IMG/VR virus record: IMGVR_UViG_3300030329_004520
Span: 18,544 to 82,543 of that record
Length of the DNA: 64,000 nt
Source of the DNA: a virus
Strand: one strand, 5' to 3'
Shown: in pieces, positions 1 to 9,688 of the stretch
Layout: each line of letters starts with the position of its first letter
Numbering within the stretch: the stretch's first letter is position 1
Notes under the pieces: model-generated
The model's input: the letters and a program-made list of their open reading frames with translations, nothing else
Database searches by the model: none
Told to the model about the DNA's origin: nothing
Position numbers and translations under genes: made by a program

Positions 1-2
1 TA

Positions 3-446
3 TTTTGGGGTGGAAGTACAGAAGATGTTCTTGATGAAGAAACTAGTGAAGTTCTTGAAGAAGGCTCACTATATTGGGCATCAAGATTTTCTTATGAACT
101 TTCTTTTGCTGGAATAGATTCCAAATTCGGACTATCATTAAATAGTAACGAAGCTCAACTAATAGATGTGTCAATGGGTAATGACCTATTTGAAACATCT
201 CTTGAGTATGATTTGTCAGAAGAGGCAGATGGTGCGTATTGGTTGAGAGGTGTAGTAACACCTCCTCAAGCTCAAGGTGCATTTCTACTTCTCGGATATA
301 ATTCCGATGAAGTTGTGACATATGGAGTTGGGTATAAATGCTCAGATAATATGAAAGTTATGTCTGAGTTCACATCAGGATTAAAAGATGCTGATGGTAA
401 CGAAGTAACGAATGACTTTAATATCAGAGCAAGTTATTCATTCTAA
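3..446 (+). CDS. 5'-truncated outer-membrane beta-barrel/porin-like protein
   Basis: Frame is open from base 3 (FWGGSTEDVL...WASRFSYEL...), upstream of the listed 168 start; alternating hydrophobic strands and C-terminal FNIRASYSF (terminal Phe, BamA-type signature). Confidence 0.55.
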   Translation, partial: FWGGSTEDVLDEETSEVLEEGSLYWASRFSYELSFAGIDSKFGLSLNSNEAQLIDVSMGNDLFETSLEYDLSEEADGAYWLRGVVTPPQAQGAFLLLGYNSDEVVTYGVGYKCSDNMKVMSEFTSGLKDADGNEVTNDFNIRASYSF

Positions 447-470
447 TAAATAAACAATGGAGGAAATAAA

Positions 471-710
471 ATGAATGTAAAAAGTATTTTCGGAATGGTC
501 GGTGATTTTCTTGGTGGTATTGGTGCAGTTCTTGGTGGACTAATATCAGTAGGTGTATTATCACAGATAGTATTCGGTACTGGTTGGTTAGGTATCGATG
601 TTATCGGAAATCTTACAGGTATCGTTAATGGATTCTTAGGCGGTGGATTAACAGGTCTTATTGTACTTGTTGTTCTTGTAGGTCTATGGGATTCTAAACC
701 AGGTAAGTAA
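471..710 (+). CDS. small Gly-rich membrane protein
   Basis: GGAGG RBS; 79 aa with hydrophobic GxxxG-rich segments. Confidence 0.75.
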   Translation: MNVKSIFGMVGDFLGGIGAVLGGLISVGVLSQIVFGTGWLGIDVIGNLTGIVNGFLGGGLTGLIVLVVLVGLWDSKPGK

Positions 711-732
711 GTGATATAAATCACAATAAATT

Positions 733-762
733 ATGGGGCTTGAAATATAGCCCCATTTTTTT
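733..762 (+). terminator. Rho-independent terminator
   Basis: Stem ATGGGGCT (733-740), loop TGAAATAT, AGCCCCAT (749-756), followed by a T run. Confidence 0.85.
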
Positions 763-796
763 ATATTTAATTCAGAAAAAAAGATACCTACTATAA

Positions 797-804
797 TATT
801 TATA
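797..804 (+). promoter_or_regulatory. putative phage late promoter core TATTTATA
   Basis: Same core recurs upstream of many genes in the window; lies between the terminator and phoH. Confidence 0.5.
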
Positions 805-839
805 GTAAACCGATAAAGGTTAATATAGGAGAGTTACTT

Positions 840-1703
840 ATGAGTAAAACAAGAAGTTCTCAAAAAAAGGTTACCCTTTCTGAATTAAATAATCATACCA
901 TTAATAATAAACGCCAGGCATTGAAAGACTTGAAGATGTTAAACTTCGATGATATTCAATTTAAGAATCCAGCACAAAGACGATTTTATAAAACTATATC
1001 AAACAAAGATATTACATTTGGAATCGGTCCAGCTGGTTGTGGTAAAACATATCTATCAGTTCATAGAGCTTTAAGAGAGTTAGGTGATAAAGATAATTAC
1101 ATCGATGGAATTGTAATTGTCAAACCACTCGTAGAAGCAGCAGGTGAAAAGATAGGTTATCTACCAGGTGATGTCGAAGAAAAGACAGCACCCTTTATGA
1201 TGTCGTTTTATTATAATATGGAACAGATTATTGGTAAACAACGATTACAAATCCTAAAGGAAAGTAATACAATTCAAGTAATACCATTAGCATTTATGAG
1301 AGGTATTACTCTAGCCAATAAATTCGTTATACTTGATGAAGCACAGAATGCTACACCTGAACAAATAAAAATGTTTGTTACAAGAATCGGTGAGAATAGT
1401 AAATATATAATCACAGGTGACTTGGAACAATCTGATATATCTAAACACAAAAGTGGATTAGAAGACGCAATCAAAAGATTTGCTGGTGTACACGGAGTAG
1501 GTTTAGCTTCATTTAAAGAAAAAGATGTTGTTAGACATTCTTTAGTAAAACGACTACTAAAAAGATATAGAGAGTCATTTAATATAATTGATGATGTATC
1601 AGCTGAAAAAACTATTTCTATGTGGATACACGAACAGGGTTTAGATTCAATAAACGATGGTTCATTAGATATTAAAGAGACATTTTATAAATTAAAAAAA
1701 TAA
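840..1703 (+). CDS. phoH: PhoH-family ATPase
   Basis: GPAGCGKT Walker A, GEKIGYLPG, PLAFMRG, ILDEAQN, TGDLEQSD, DVVRH motifs. Confidence 0.95.
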   Translation: MSKTRSSQKKVTLSELNNHTINNKRQALKDLKMLNFDDIQFKNPAQRRFYKTISNKDITFGIGPAGCGKTYLSVHRALRELGDKDNYIDGIVIVKPLVEAAGEKIGYLPGDVEEKTAPFMMSFYYNMEQIIGKQRLQILKESNTIQVIPLAFMRGITLANKFVILDEAQNATPEQIKMFVTRIGENSKYIITGDLEQSDISKHKSGLEDAIKRFAGVHGVGLASFKEKDVVRHSLVKRLLKRYRESFNIIDDVSAEKTISMWIHEQGLDSINDGSLDIKETFYKLKK

Positions 1704-1711
1704 AAAAAACC

Positions 1712-1741
1712 TTGACTTATGCGTCCAAGAAGTTGTATATT
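1712..1741 (+). promoter_or_regulatory. sigma70-like (early/middle) promoter
   Basis: TTGACT-N18-TATATT, plus TATAAT at 1743-1748; same architecture at 28031. Confidence 0.65.
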
Positions 1742-1753
1742 GTATAATATATA

Positions 1754-2278
1754 ATGGAGAATAATATGTTTAAAGATTATATTTCAATATCTATAGCTAT
1801 AATACCAGCTATGATTATAACTTTTTTTGCTAGTGATATGCTAGATGAAAATTATGATGAGATAAGAATATTACGAGAACAGATATCTGAATTAGAAGAA
1901 AATTGTGGTAATACTTTAACAAACAGAATATCTTACAAGGTTACGGTAACTACTTATAACCCAACATATGCTCAATGTGATGATACACCAAATATTACAG
2001 CTGATGGTACGAAGTTTAATAGATGGAGAGCTACTTCTTATAGATATGTAGCTTTATCTCGTGACTTAATAGCTCGTTGGGGAGGTCCATTTGAGTACGG
2101 AGATTACATCGTAATCGAAGGAACTGGTGAATGGGATGGTGTATATCAAGTAAGAGATACTATGAATCCTAAATGGACAAACAGAGTTGATATACTTACA
2201 ACTAATAGTAGATTTAAATATAATAATATTACTATGTATAAATATGTAGATGATGAATACATAGTAGCAAACAATTAA
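1754..2278 (+). CDS. membrane-anchored 3D-domain (MltA-like) cell-wall protein
   Basis: N-terminal hydrophobic helix and coiled coil, then VTTYNP..QCD.TP.ITADG, VALSRDL, YQVRDTM, RVDIL; true start may be 1766 (GGAGA RBS). Confidence 0.8.
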   Translation: MENNMFKDYISISIAIIPAMIITFFASDMLDENYDEIRILREQISELEENCGNTLTNRISYKVTVTTYNPTYAQCDDTPNITADGTKFNRWRATSYRYVALSRDLIARWGGPFEYGDYIVIEGTGEWDGVYQVRDTMNPKWTNRVDILTTNSRFKYNNITMYKYVDDEYIVANN

Positions 2279-2294
2279 AATAAGGAAGCACAAT

Positions 2295-2516
2295 ATGAAA
2301 TGTATGATGAGTGTGGATGGTTCTAACATCGTTAGAGTATCTGATGAAAAAGCGTCTAAATTATATGAAGAGGGATTCAGATATGTTCCAAAATCAATGT
2401 GGAAAGAAAAGGTTCGTGATGTAGAATCCACAGAAGAAGAAGTAACTAAATCACAGAAAAATAATAAATTATCTAAATCACAGAAAAGACATTTGAGAAA
2501 ATCTAAAAAGAAATAA
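2295..2516 (+). CDS. small basic hypothetical protein
   Basis: AAGGA RBS; 73 aa with Lys-rich tail. Confidence 0.7.
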   Translation: MKCMMSVDGSNIVRVSDEKASKLYEEGFRYVPKSMWKEKVRDVESTEEEVTKSQKNNKLSKSQKRHLRKSKKK

Positions 2517-2597
2517 TATATAATAATATTATTATATAATATATAATATATAATATAATAGTATATAATATAACAATATATAATATAATAGTATATA
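2511..2597. repeat. nearly pure A/T tract with palindrome and direct repeat
   Basis: Only three G/C bases; 22-bp palindrome 2517-2538; 23-bp direct repeat at 2545-2567 and 2575-2597. Confidence 0.8.
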
Positions 2598-2606
2598 GGA
2601 GACTAA

Positions 2607-3344
2607 ATGAAATTATCAGCTGAACAAATAAAAGAAAATTGGAATAAATTAATACAACTAATTGAGAATACATTTGAAGGTGAACGAAAAGAAAAACTTT
2701 TAAAAATGTACAAACATTTTGAAGATAGAATGATGTTCGCTCCTGCCTCAGGACAAGAACATTTTCATCTTTGTACACCAGGAGGTTATGTTCAACACAT
2801 TTTAAATATCGTAAAATATTCTTTATCTTTCTATCAGATATGGAAAGACAATGGAGCTTATGTCGATGACTATACGGTTGAAGAATTAATCTTCGCGGCT
2901 TTACATCACGACTTAGGTAAAGTCGGTGACTTAAACGAAGACCATTATATTCCAAATCCATCAGAGTGGCATAGAAAAAACCAAGGAAAGATTTATACAA
3001 GTAATCCTGATTTAAAATTTATGACACCACCTGATAGAGGTATTTGGATTTTAAACCAGTTCGGAATTACAATGACAGAGAATGAGTACATCGGAATTAA
3101 ATTAACTGATGGAATGTATGATGAAGGTAATATACAATATCTTAAATCATATGCTCCTGAAAGAAAATTAAAATCTAACATGCAACATATTTTACATCAA
3201 GCTGATATGACAACAACTCGTATTGAATTTGAAGATTGGTTACATGCTAAAGAGGGAATGGTTAATACGAGTGTTCCTAAAACAAAACAAGAACAAACAA
3301 AAGTTGACAATATGAAAAAAGCTTTTGATGAGTTGTTCGCTTAG
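2607..3344 (+). CDS. HD-domain phosphohydrolase (YhaM-like)
   Basis: APAS...H...PGG...H, ALHHDLGKVG, LHQAD metal-binding motifs. Confidence 0.85.
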   Translation: MKLSAEQIKENWNKLIQLIENTFEGERKEKLLKMYKHFEDRMMFAPASGQEHFHLCTPGGYVQHILNIVKYSLSFYQIWKDNGAYVDDYTVEELIFAALHHDLGKVGDLNEDHYIPNPSEWHRKNQGKIYTSNPDLKFMTPPDRGIWILNQFGITMTENEYIGIKLTDGMYDEGNIQYLKSYAPERKLKSNMQHILHQADMTTTRIEFEDWLHAKEGMVNTSVPKTKQEQTKVDNMKKAFDELFA

Positions 3345-3353
3345 GAGATAAAT

Positions 3354-3632
3354 ATGTGGTGGTTATTTTTTATATTATTTTTAATAATTAGTGTAGCATC
3401 TTCTACATTATTATTTTATGCTATGAAAAGAATAAATTTATATGAGAATATGTTAGTCGAGATTGAACAGATAATAAAATTCTCATCAACAAAAATGAAA
3501 CAAGTTGATGGTTTAGGACATTATGAATCAGATGATGAAACACAATTTTTCTTTGAACAATTAAAGGACATGCAAAAATTATTAGATTCTATTTTTGTTA
3601 AAGAAGAATCGGAGGAGAAAAAAAATGGGTAG
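3354..3632 (+). CDS. membrane-anchored hypothetical protein
   Basis: AGGAG RBS; N-terminal TM helix. Confidence 0.75.
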   Translation: MWWLFFILFLIISVASSTLLFYAMKRINLYENMLVEIEQIIKFSSTKMKQVDGLGHYESDDETQFFFEQLKDMQKLLDSIFVKEESEEKKNG

Positions 3633-4323
3633 AAAGAAAACAAAAAATTATTATTGGACAGATGATACTGAACAAGCTATAATAAAATATAATAGTGGAG
3701 ACTTGAATGAGAGTGAAAAGAATAAATTATATAATGATGAAATAGAATATCCATTTAATAAATTAGCAGAAAATATAATTAACACATTTAAGTTTACATA
3801 CTTTGATGATGTATTTAAAGATGTTCAACACGAAGTTGTAGTATTCTTGATAATGAACATGCATAAGTATGACCATACAAAAGGTTCAAAAGCTTTTAGT
3901 TATTTTTCAGTCGTAGCTAAGAATTATTTAATATTAAATAATAATGCTAATTATAAAAAATATAAATCTCACGATTCAGTAGATGCCGCACGAGGATTAC
4001 AATCACATACACCTAGTGAAGACCCCGCTATTATAGTAGAAGAATCAATTCGTTATTTCGAAGCCAAGACACCCGAAATATTTTCAAAACATAGAGATAG
4101 AGTTATAGCATATGCTATAATAGATTTAATGAAATCACGAGAGACAATAGAAGATTTTAATAAAAAAGCAATCTATATTCTTCTACGCGAAATGACAGAT
4201 GTTGAAACGGCTCATATAACAAAAGTTTTAAATGTTTTGAGAAAACATATGAAAACACTTCAGAATAACTTCCATACACGCGGTTCCGTATTTCCGATAT
4301 CTAAATTAGATAAGTTTTCTTAA
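3625..4323 (+). CDS. phage RNA polymerase sigma factor, T4 gp55-like (late)
   Basis: ATG 3625 behind GGAGGAG; region-2-like pattern YPFNKLAENIINTFKF...KYDHTKGSKAFSYFSVVAKN resembles the gp55 family. Confidence 0.6.
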   Translation: MGRKKTKNYYWTDDTEQAIIKYNSGDLNESEKNKLYNDEIEYPFNKLAENIINTFKFTYFDDVFKDVQHEVVVFLIMNMHKYDHTKGSKAFSYFSVVAKNYLILNNNANYKKYKSHDSVDAARGLQSHTPSEDPAIIVEESIRYFEAKTPEIFSKHRDRVIAYAIIDLMKSRETIEDFNKKAIYILLREMTDVETAHITKVLNVLRKHMKTLQNNFHTRGSVFPISKLDKFS

Positions 4324-4330
4324 AAAATAT

Positions 4331-4339
4331 ATATTTATT
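4331..4339 (+). promoter_or_regulatory. putative late promoter variant ATATTTATT
   Basis: Immediately precedes the structural gene block. Confidence 0.45.
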
Positions 4340-4356
4340 CATATAGGAGAATTTAT

Positions 4357-4752
4357 ATGAGTAAAAATGAAATATTTGATGGAAAATCTTTCGAAGACTT
4401 GACGAAAGATATATACGAAAACCAACAGAACAAAAAGTTACAATTAGATTTATTAATTCAAGAGATTCACGGAATGATTCAAACACTTGATGATGCCGTA
4501 ATGGTTACACCTATGATTAAAGAACTCTTTGATGTTTCAGTAAAAAATGATGAGCATTTAGTTAAGTTAGCTAGTGTATGGCAACGAATATTATCAAAAT
4601 CTGGTAATGAATCTACTGATAGTATGTTATTAACTGAAGCCGAAAAAGAAGATTTAATTAATGCTCTTCAAGAAGATGTGCATGACATCCAAAGAAAAAG
4701 TGAAGAAATTCAAGCACTCAAAGAAAAAAAAAGTCTAAATAATTATGAGTAA
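4357..4752 (+). CDS. helical hypothetical protein at the start of the baseplate operon
   Basis: AGGAG RBS; coiled-coil character. Confidence 0.75.
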   Translation: MSKNEIFDGKSFEDLTKDIYENQQNKKLQLDLLIQEIHGMIQTLDDAVMVTPMIKELFDVSVKNDEHLVKLASVWQRILSKSGNESTDSMLLTEAEKEDLINALQEDVHDIQRKSEEIQALKEKKSLNNYE

Positions 4753-6064
4753 CTATATAAATAGAGAAAATGATGTAACTGGTAAGGATTATATAATTGA
4801 TAGTCCTGGTAGAATTACAGATTACTTACAATTTATACCTGCTACCGTAACTGGTGTAATAAACTCTGAAGAAGCTTTACTTTCTCAACCATCTAATGCA
4901 TATGAAAGTAATTTAATAACGGTTCGTATGAGTATATGGACTGAAGATGCTGGGACAATGGGAGATGATTTAAGAAAAGCTAGACCATTAATCCGAGGAT
5001 TTAGTGATAGTATTACGATAGATGAATCCGTATTAGTTACTGAAATTGGTGGTCAACTATATTATTTAGGTCCGTTAAATATAAAAAACAATCCAAGTTA
5101 TAATTGGGATGATACACAAAAAAAAGATACTCTACCGAGTGATAGTAGTACTAAAACAACATCTGTCAGTTTCCCTACAGGAACAAAGTTCACTAGACTT
5201 AACAAAAATTTTAAAGTAGATTTAGATGACCCATCGGGAAAGATAACTCCATTTCAACATGCAGCTAGTGGAAATGATGTATTTACTGATTTATTTACTG
5301 ATTTAACATTAGAGGGAAGACACGGTAATAGTATCAATATTGGTAGTAGAAATATAAATCCTCATATATTCATATCTAATGGAAGAAATCCATCTCAAAT
5401 TGAAGAAAGTATTAATGATAGTTCTATCCTCGCGATGATTAAGAGTGGTACTATCAATCAACATTTCAATCGAGAAAAATTAGATGATTCTCCATATGAA
5501 TTTAAATTAGCTGATGAAGAAATAGAAAGTCCTGAACAAACTATAAGGAATAGTTATTTATCAGCTTTAGGTCGAGGTCAAGGTATAGACGGAACAGATG
5601 ATGAAGATGTAGATAGTACTATATATGAATATGCGTTACCACAAACAATATTAAATTCTGACCGTGTAATTATAAATTCAAGGAGAGATAACATATATAT
5701 TTCTTCATTTAAACATATACATTTAGGTTCAGGTAATACGATGACTTTTTCAACTAGTAATAATGTTTTATTTAATGTTAAAGATACTTTTGTTGTTAAT
5801 TCACCAGAAATTAAATTAGGTTCTCAAAATGATGATGAAACACAACCCATTCCATTAGGAGATACATTAGTAGAGAAGTTAGAAGAGTTATGTGACCACT
5901 TAACACAATTATGTACTGATATATCAAGTATGACACATCCAACCCCAGCTGGTCCATCAGGTCCACCAGTAAACGCAGCATCGTTTTCTAGTTTATCTTC
6001 TAAGATAGGTTCGACTAAAGGTGCTTTAGAAGATATATTGAGTATTCAAAATAGGACAAAATAA
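4745..6064 (+). CDS. baseplate central spike, gp5/VgrG-like
   Basis: LEGRHGNSINIG, LNSDRVIINSR beta-repeat region, PIPLGD.L, C-terminal THPTPAGPSGPP; upstream of gp25/gp6. Confidence 0.65.
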   Translation: MSNYINRENDVTGKDYIIDSPGRITDYLQFIPATVTGVINSEEALLSQPSNAYESNLITVRMSIWTEDAGTMGDDLRKARPLIRGFSDSITIDESVLVTEIGGQLYYLGPLNIKNNPSYNWDDTQKKDTLPSDSSTKTTSVSFPTGTKFTRLNKNFKVDLDDPSGKITPFQHAASGNDVFTDLFTDLTLEGRHGNSINIGSRNINPHIFISNGRNPSQIEESINDSSILAMIKSGTINQHFNREKLDDSPYEFKLADEEIESPEQTIRNSYLSALGRGQGIDGTDDEDVDSTIYEYALPQTILNSDRVIINSRRDNIYISSFKHIHLGSGNTMTFSTSNNVLFNVKDTFVVNSPEIKLGSQNDDETQPIPLGDTLVEKLEELCDHLTQLCTDISSMTHPTPAGPSGPPVNAASFSSLSSKIGSTKGALEDILSIQNRTK

Positions 6065-6540
6065 TGCCATTAAATCCAATGACTTTGAAAAATGGTTTAT
6101 TAGATGTATGTAAGAGAGCCGAAAGCGGTGAAGATGTATCCTTTGTTGATATGGTAGATGCTATTGAAAAATATGCATTGGACTTACAATATCCTCCTCC
6201 AGTAGGAGTTAGTGCTGCGGCCGCCGCGATGAAAGGTACTTTAGCTGGTATAACTCATCAAATGGGTCCTCAAGCAGCTGGAATGATTGGTAGTGCTTTT
6301 ATTCAATTCGGTACAGCTGTAGCAGCTGGAATGCCTATAGGTGGAAGTGCTGTCTTTCCGACTATGCCACCACCCGGTCCACCCAATTTAGCATCTGCAT
6401 TTTCAGGTCCTCAAGATGCTCAGTTATTTGCTACAAAATTTTCTACTATTGTTGATGCTTGGATGAGAACAGGTATGTATGACGCATTCGGTGTCATCAC
6501 TCCTACAGGACCAGTACCCGGACCATCACCTTGGATGTAA
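6064..6540 (+). CDS. Pro/Ala/Gly-rich hypothetical protein (possible spike-associated)
   Basis: TAATG coupling to the spike gene. Confidence 0.65.
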   Translation: MPLNPMTLKNGLLDVCKRAESGEDVSFVDMVDAIEKYALDLQYPPPVGVSAAAAAMKGTLAGITHQMGPQAAGMIGSAFIQFGTAVAAGMPIGGSAVFPTMPPPGPPNLASAFSGPQDAQLFATKFSTIVDAWMRTGMYDAFGVITPTGPVPGPSPWM

Positions 6541-6566
6541 AAAAATAAACAAATTTCTTAAAAATT

Positions 6567-6582
6567 TATATTTATATATGAA
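6567..6582 (+). promoter_or_regulatory. putative late promoter TATATTTATATATGAA
   Basis: Identical 16-mer at 20002 and 59514. Confidence 0.65.
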
Positions 6583-6606
6583 TAGGTTTATACAACAGGA
6601 GGCCAG

Positions 6607-7047
6607 ATGAAAAAATCAGAATTAAGATTAATGATAAGAAAAATAGTTAGAGAAGAAGTCGCTATGTCAATTCAAGAAGTAATAACTGAATTAAAACAAC
6701 CGACTAATCAAATAACAGAACAAAAAGTTTCAAAACCGATACCGAAAAGACAAATTAGAAAAGAAAAACAAAGTTTTTCAAATAATTCTATAATCAATGA
6801 TGTTTTAAATGAAACAGCTGAAGCGGCAGATGAATGGGCAAGTTTAGGTGGAGGAACATTTGATTCGGGTAGAATGAATGAAGTTATGGCTAGACAATAT
6901 GGAGATATGGGAACTAAAGAAAGTAGTCAAGCTCATTTAGCAGCTTCTTTAGGAGCAGACCCGTCAAGTCCACCAGACTTTCTAACAAAAGACTATAGTC
7001 AACTTTTAAAGAAAGTTGATGAAAAGGCTAAACAGACTAGGGGATAA
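6607..7047 (+). CDS. hypothetical virion protein
   Basis: AGGAGG RBS; MKKSEL..IRKIVREEV and VLNETA motifs. Confidence 0.7.
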   Translation: MKKSELRLMIRKIVREEVAMSIQEVITELKQPTNQITEQKVSKPIPKRQIRKEKQSFSNNSIINDVLNETAEAADEWASLGGGTFDSGRMNEVMARQYGDMGTKESSQAHLAASLGADPSSPPDFLTKDYSQLLKKVDEKAKQTRG

Positions 7048-7049
7048 CA

Positions 7050-7487
7050 ATGGCATATGTGATAGATGACAATCTATACAATCCAGATGATTATGATGTA
7101 CAATGGATAGGATTCCGTATACCGTTTTCTTTCGGGGAACCGGGTGATACAATGAATGATGATACTATGGATAATATAGAAGATAATCTAGAAAATTTAT
7201 TTAATACAGAACCAGGAGATAGATTATTTCATCCGAAATTAGGTGTAAGTTTTAGAAAACATTTATTCGAGCAGATGGATAGAGATTTAGATGAATGGCA
7301 AGCAGTCGTTAAAGAAGATATAGAAACACAAGTTAAACGGTGGATGCCTTTTTTATCTGTAGATAGAGTTAAAGTATCTGAGAGTCCAGATAGAAATCAA
7401 TACAGAATCGCAGTAGATTTTCACATAACACGAAATCCTAAAATGTTTAGTTCAGTAGAGATAACAACCCCAGCAGGAGCTTATTAA
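7050..7487 (+). CDS. baseplate wedge protein, gp25/GPW family
   Basis: IEDNLENLFNTEPGDRLFHPKLGVSFRKHLFEQ...VKRWMPF. Confidence 0.9.
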   Translation: MAYVIDDNLYNPDDYDVQWIGFRIPFSFGEPGDTMNDDTMDNIEDNLENLFNTEPGDRLFHPKLGVSFRKHLFEQMDRDLDEWQAVVKEDIETQVKRWMPFLSVDRVKVSESPDRNQYRIAVDFHITRNPKMFSSVEITTPAGAY

Positions 7488-9688
7488 TGGCAAACAATAC
7501 TATACAAAATGGATACTCTCAACAAATTACAAATTATCTTTCAAGAGATTTCAATAAATTAAAACATTCTTTAGTAGAATATACTAAAACTTATTTTCCT
7601 AATGTATACCAAGATTTCAATGAAACATCACCAGGTATGATGTTATTAGAATTAAATGCGTATGTTGGAGATGTTCTTAACTATTATGTTGATGATTCTT
7701 TTAAAGAAATGATGTTACCATTAACAGAAGACCGAAGGAATCTGTTAAATCTTTCTAAAGCTACTGGTTACAAACCTAGACCAGTTGTTCCTAGTTTTGT
7801 TGATTTAACTTTTGAATTGATAGTCGATGCCGATACATCAGATTTAAATAATGTATCAGCTAATGCTAGTCAATTTTTAACTTTAGATGCTGGAGTTAGA
7901 GTTCAATCGACATCTAATCCTGATATATTTTTTGAAACTCTACAACCGATAGATTTTAAAACTAGTTCTTCTATCGATGATGATTTTAAAATAGATTCTA
8001 TCGATGCTGATAGTGGTATAGTAGCTAAGTTTAAAGGGAAACGAAAAGTTATGGCCGTTTCAGGAGAATCTAAAACTACAACTATTCAAGTAGGTACAGC
8101 CGAACAATTTAAAAAAATAGTTTTACCTGAAACAAATGTTATAGAAATATTAAATGTAACAGATGATAATAATAATGTTTGGTACGAAGTAGACTATCTA
8201 GCACAAGAAAAAGTTCCTATTTCTACTTATTATGCTCAAGACCCTAATAGAGTCAGTGCCTATACAGACCCAAATGATTCTAACTTACCTGTACCATATA
8301 GTCTTTCGTTTATCAGAACTACTAAAAGATTTACAACAGAAATGCAAGAGGATAATAGAATGGCTTTAGTGTTCGGTAATGGTATAAAAAGACAGGGACA
8401 AACTTTTGAAACTACTTTCTTAGATATAGAACAAGAAGGTATCAGTTTACCTAAAACTAATTTTTCTCCAGAACCTTTGAATACAAGAGTTGGTCAATTC
8501 TATGCATCGTTAGGAGAAGCTCCCGCTAATACTTCTTTAACAATAAAATATAGAGTTGGTGGAGGTAGTGTTTCGAATGTAGCATCTAATGATTTAGTTA
8601 CTATTCAAAGTGCGACAACAATTCCAGCGAGTTTATCAATAAGTAACTTATCAGTTAAAAATGAGACACCATCACAAGGTGGACGAAATTCAGATTCTGT
8701 AAGTGAAATACGACATAGTGCGATAGCTAACTTCGCGACACAAGGTAGATGTGTAACTAAAGAAGACTATGAAGCGAGGGTTATGTCAATGTTACCTAGA
8801 TATGGAAGTATCGCGAAAGTATATTGTACAACGGGAGGTGAATTGTGGTCTCAGGATAATAATGATTTAGTGACTAGACTGAAAGACTTGATGAGTGTAA
8901 TGATGACACGAATGTTAGATGCGGGTCAAGGAGCATATGCATCTCAAGAAGATGTTAAATCGGTAGATTTATCTGATTTATTTACTGATTTAGTAGGAAT
9001 TGATAATCAGTATTTTACGGCAAATGATAAAGATGAATGGTTAGCGAGATATGAAACTTTAAGACAATTTACTAGTAATAATAATAATTTACCTACCGTA
9101 GATATCTATATTCTTTCGTATGACTTTAATGGTAATCTATGTTTACCGACGGCATTAATTAAACAAAATATAAAAAATTATCTAGCACAATTCAGAATAT
9201 TGTCAGATAAGATTAGATTAATAGATGGTTACATAATAAACTTTGGTGTATTGTTTGATGTGTTAGCGTATCCTAATTATGACAAAAATATTATTAAAGC
9301 TAAGTGTATTGAAAAAATTAAAAAACATTATGATATTAAAACAATGCAATTTAAAGAAATATTATACACTACAGAAATACAAAGTTTATTAACACAAGTA
9401 GAAGGTGTTAAAGCAGTAAATGATGTAATTTTCACACAGGATAGAGATTTTTCATTACCTGAATCTTCTCCACAAGCATTTGATAATTTACTATATAGTA
9501 AAACTATAAACATCGATGGTGAGACAATTAATATTAATGACAGAGGATATGGTAATCTTTATGATTTTGAACAATTTTTCAATATAGAAAATGCACCTCA
9601 AGGTAGAGGAGTAGTATTACCATCAGTAGACCCAAGTGTTTTTGAAATAAAAAATATGGATACTGATATAAAGGGGGTAGTTAGATAA
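7487..9688 (+). CDS. baseplate wedge subunit, T4 gp6/baseplate J-like
   Basis: YLSRDF, DFNETSPGMMLLEL.AYVGDVL.YY.D, FGNG, YRVGGG, ATQGRCVTKEDY. Confidence 0.9.
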   Translation: MANNTIQNGYSQQITNYLSRDFNKLKHSLVEYTKTYFPNVYQDFNETSPGMMLLELNAYVGDVLNYYVDDSFKEMMLPLTEDRRNLLNLSKATGYKPRPVVPSFVDLTFELIVDADTSDLNNVSANASQFLTLDAGVRVQSTSNPDIFFETLQPIDFKTSSSIDDDFKIDSIDADSGIVAKFKGKRKVMAVSGESKTTTIQVGTAEQFKKIVLPETNVIEILNVTDDNNNVWYEVDYLAQEKVPISTYYAQDPNRVSAYTDPNDSNLPVPYSLSFIRTTKRFTTEMQEDNRMALVFGNGIKRQGQTFETTFLDIEQEGISLPKTNFSPEPLNTRVGQFYASLGEAPANTSLTIKYRVGGGSVSNVASNDLVTIQSATTIPASLSISNLSVKNETPSQGGRNSDSVSEIRHSAIANFATQGRCVTKEDYEARVMSMLPRYGSIAKVYCTTGGELWSQDNNDLVTRLKDLMSVMMTRMLDAGQGAYASQEDVKSVDLSDLFTDLVGIDNQYFTANDKDEWLARYETLRQFTSNNNNLPTVDIYILSYDFNGNLCLPTALIKQNIKNYLAQFRILSDKIRLIDGYIINFGVLFDVLAYPNYDKNIIKAKCIEKIKKHYDIKTMQFKEILYTTEIQSLLTQVEGVKAVNDVIFTQDRDFSLPESSPQAFDNLLYSKTINIDGETININDRGYGNLYDFEQFFNIENAPQGRGVVLPSVDPSVFEIKNMDTDIKGVVR

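Noticed and set aside
2511-2597. CRISPR array
   Set aside because: Only two low-complexity repeat copies with a 7-bp gap; no spacers or cas genes
3595-3624. Listed TTG starts at 3595 and 60692
   Set aside because: Downstream ATGs at 3625 and 60749 have strong RBSs, and the latter restores an N-terminal signal peptide
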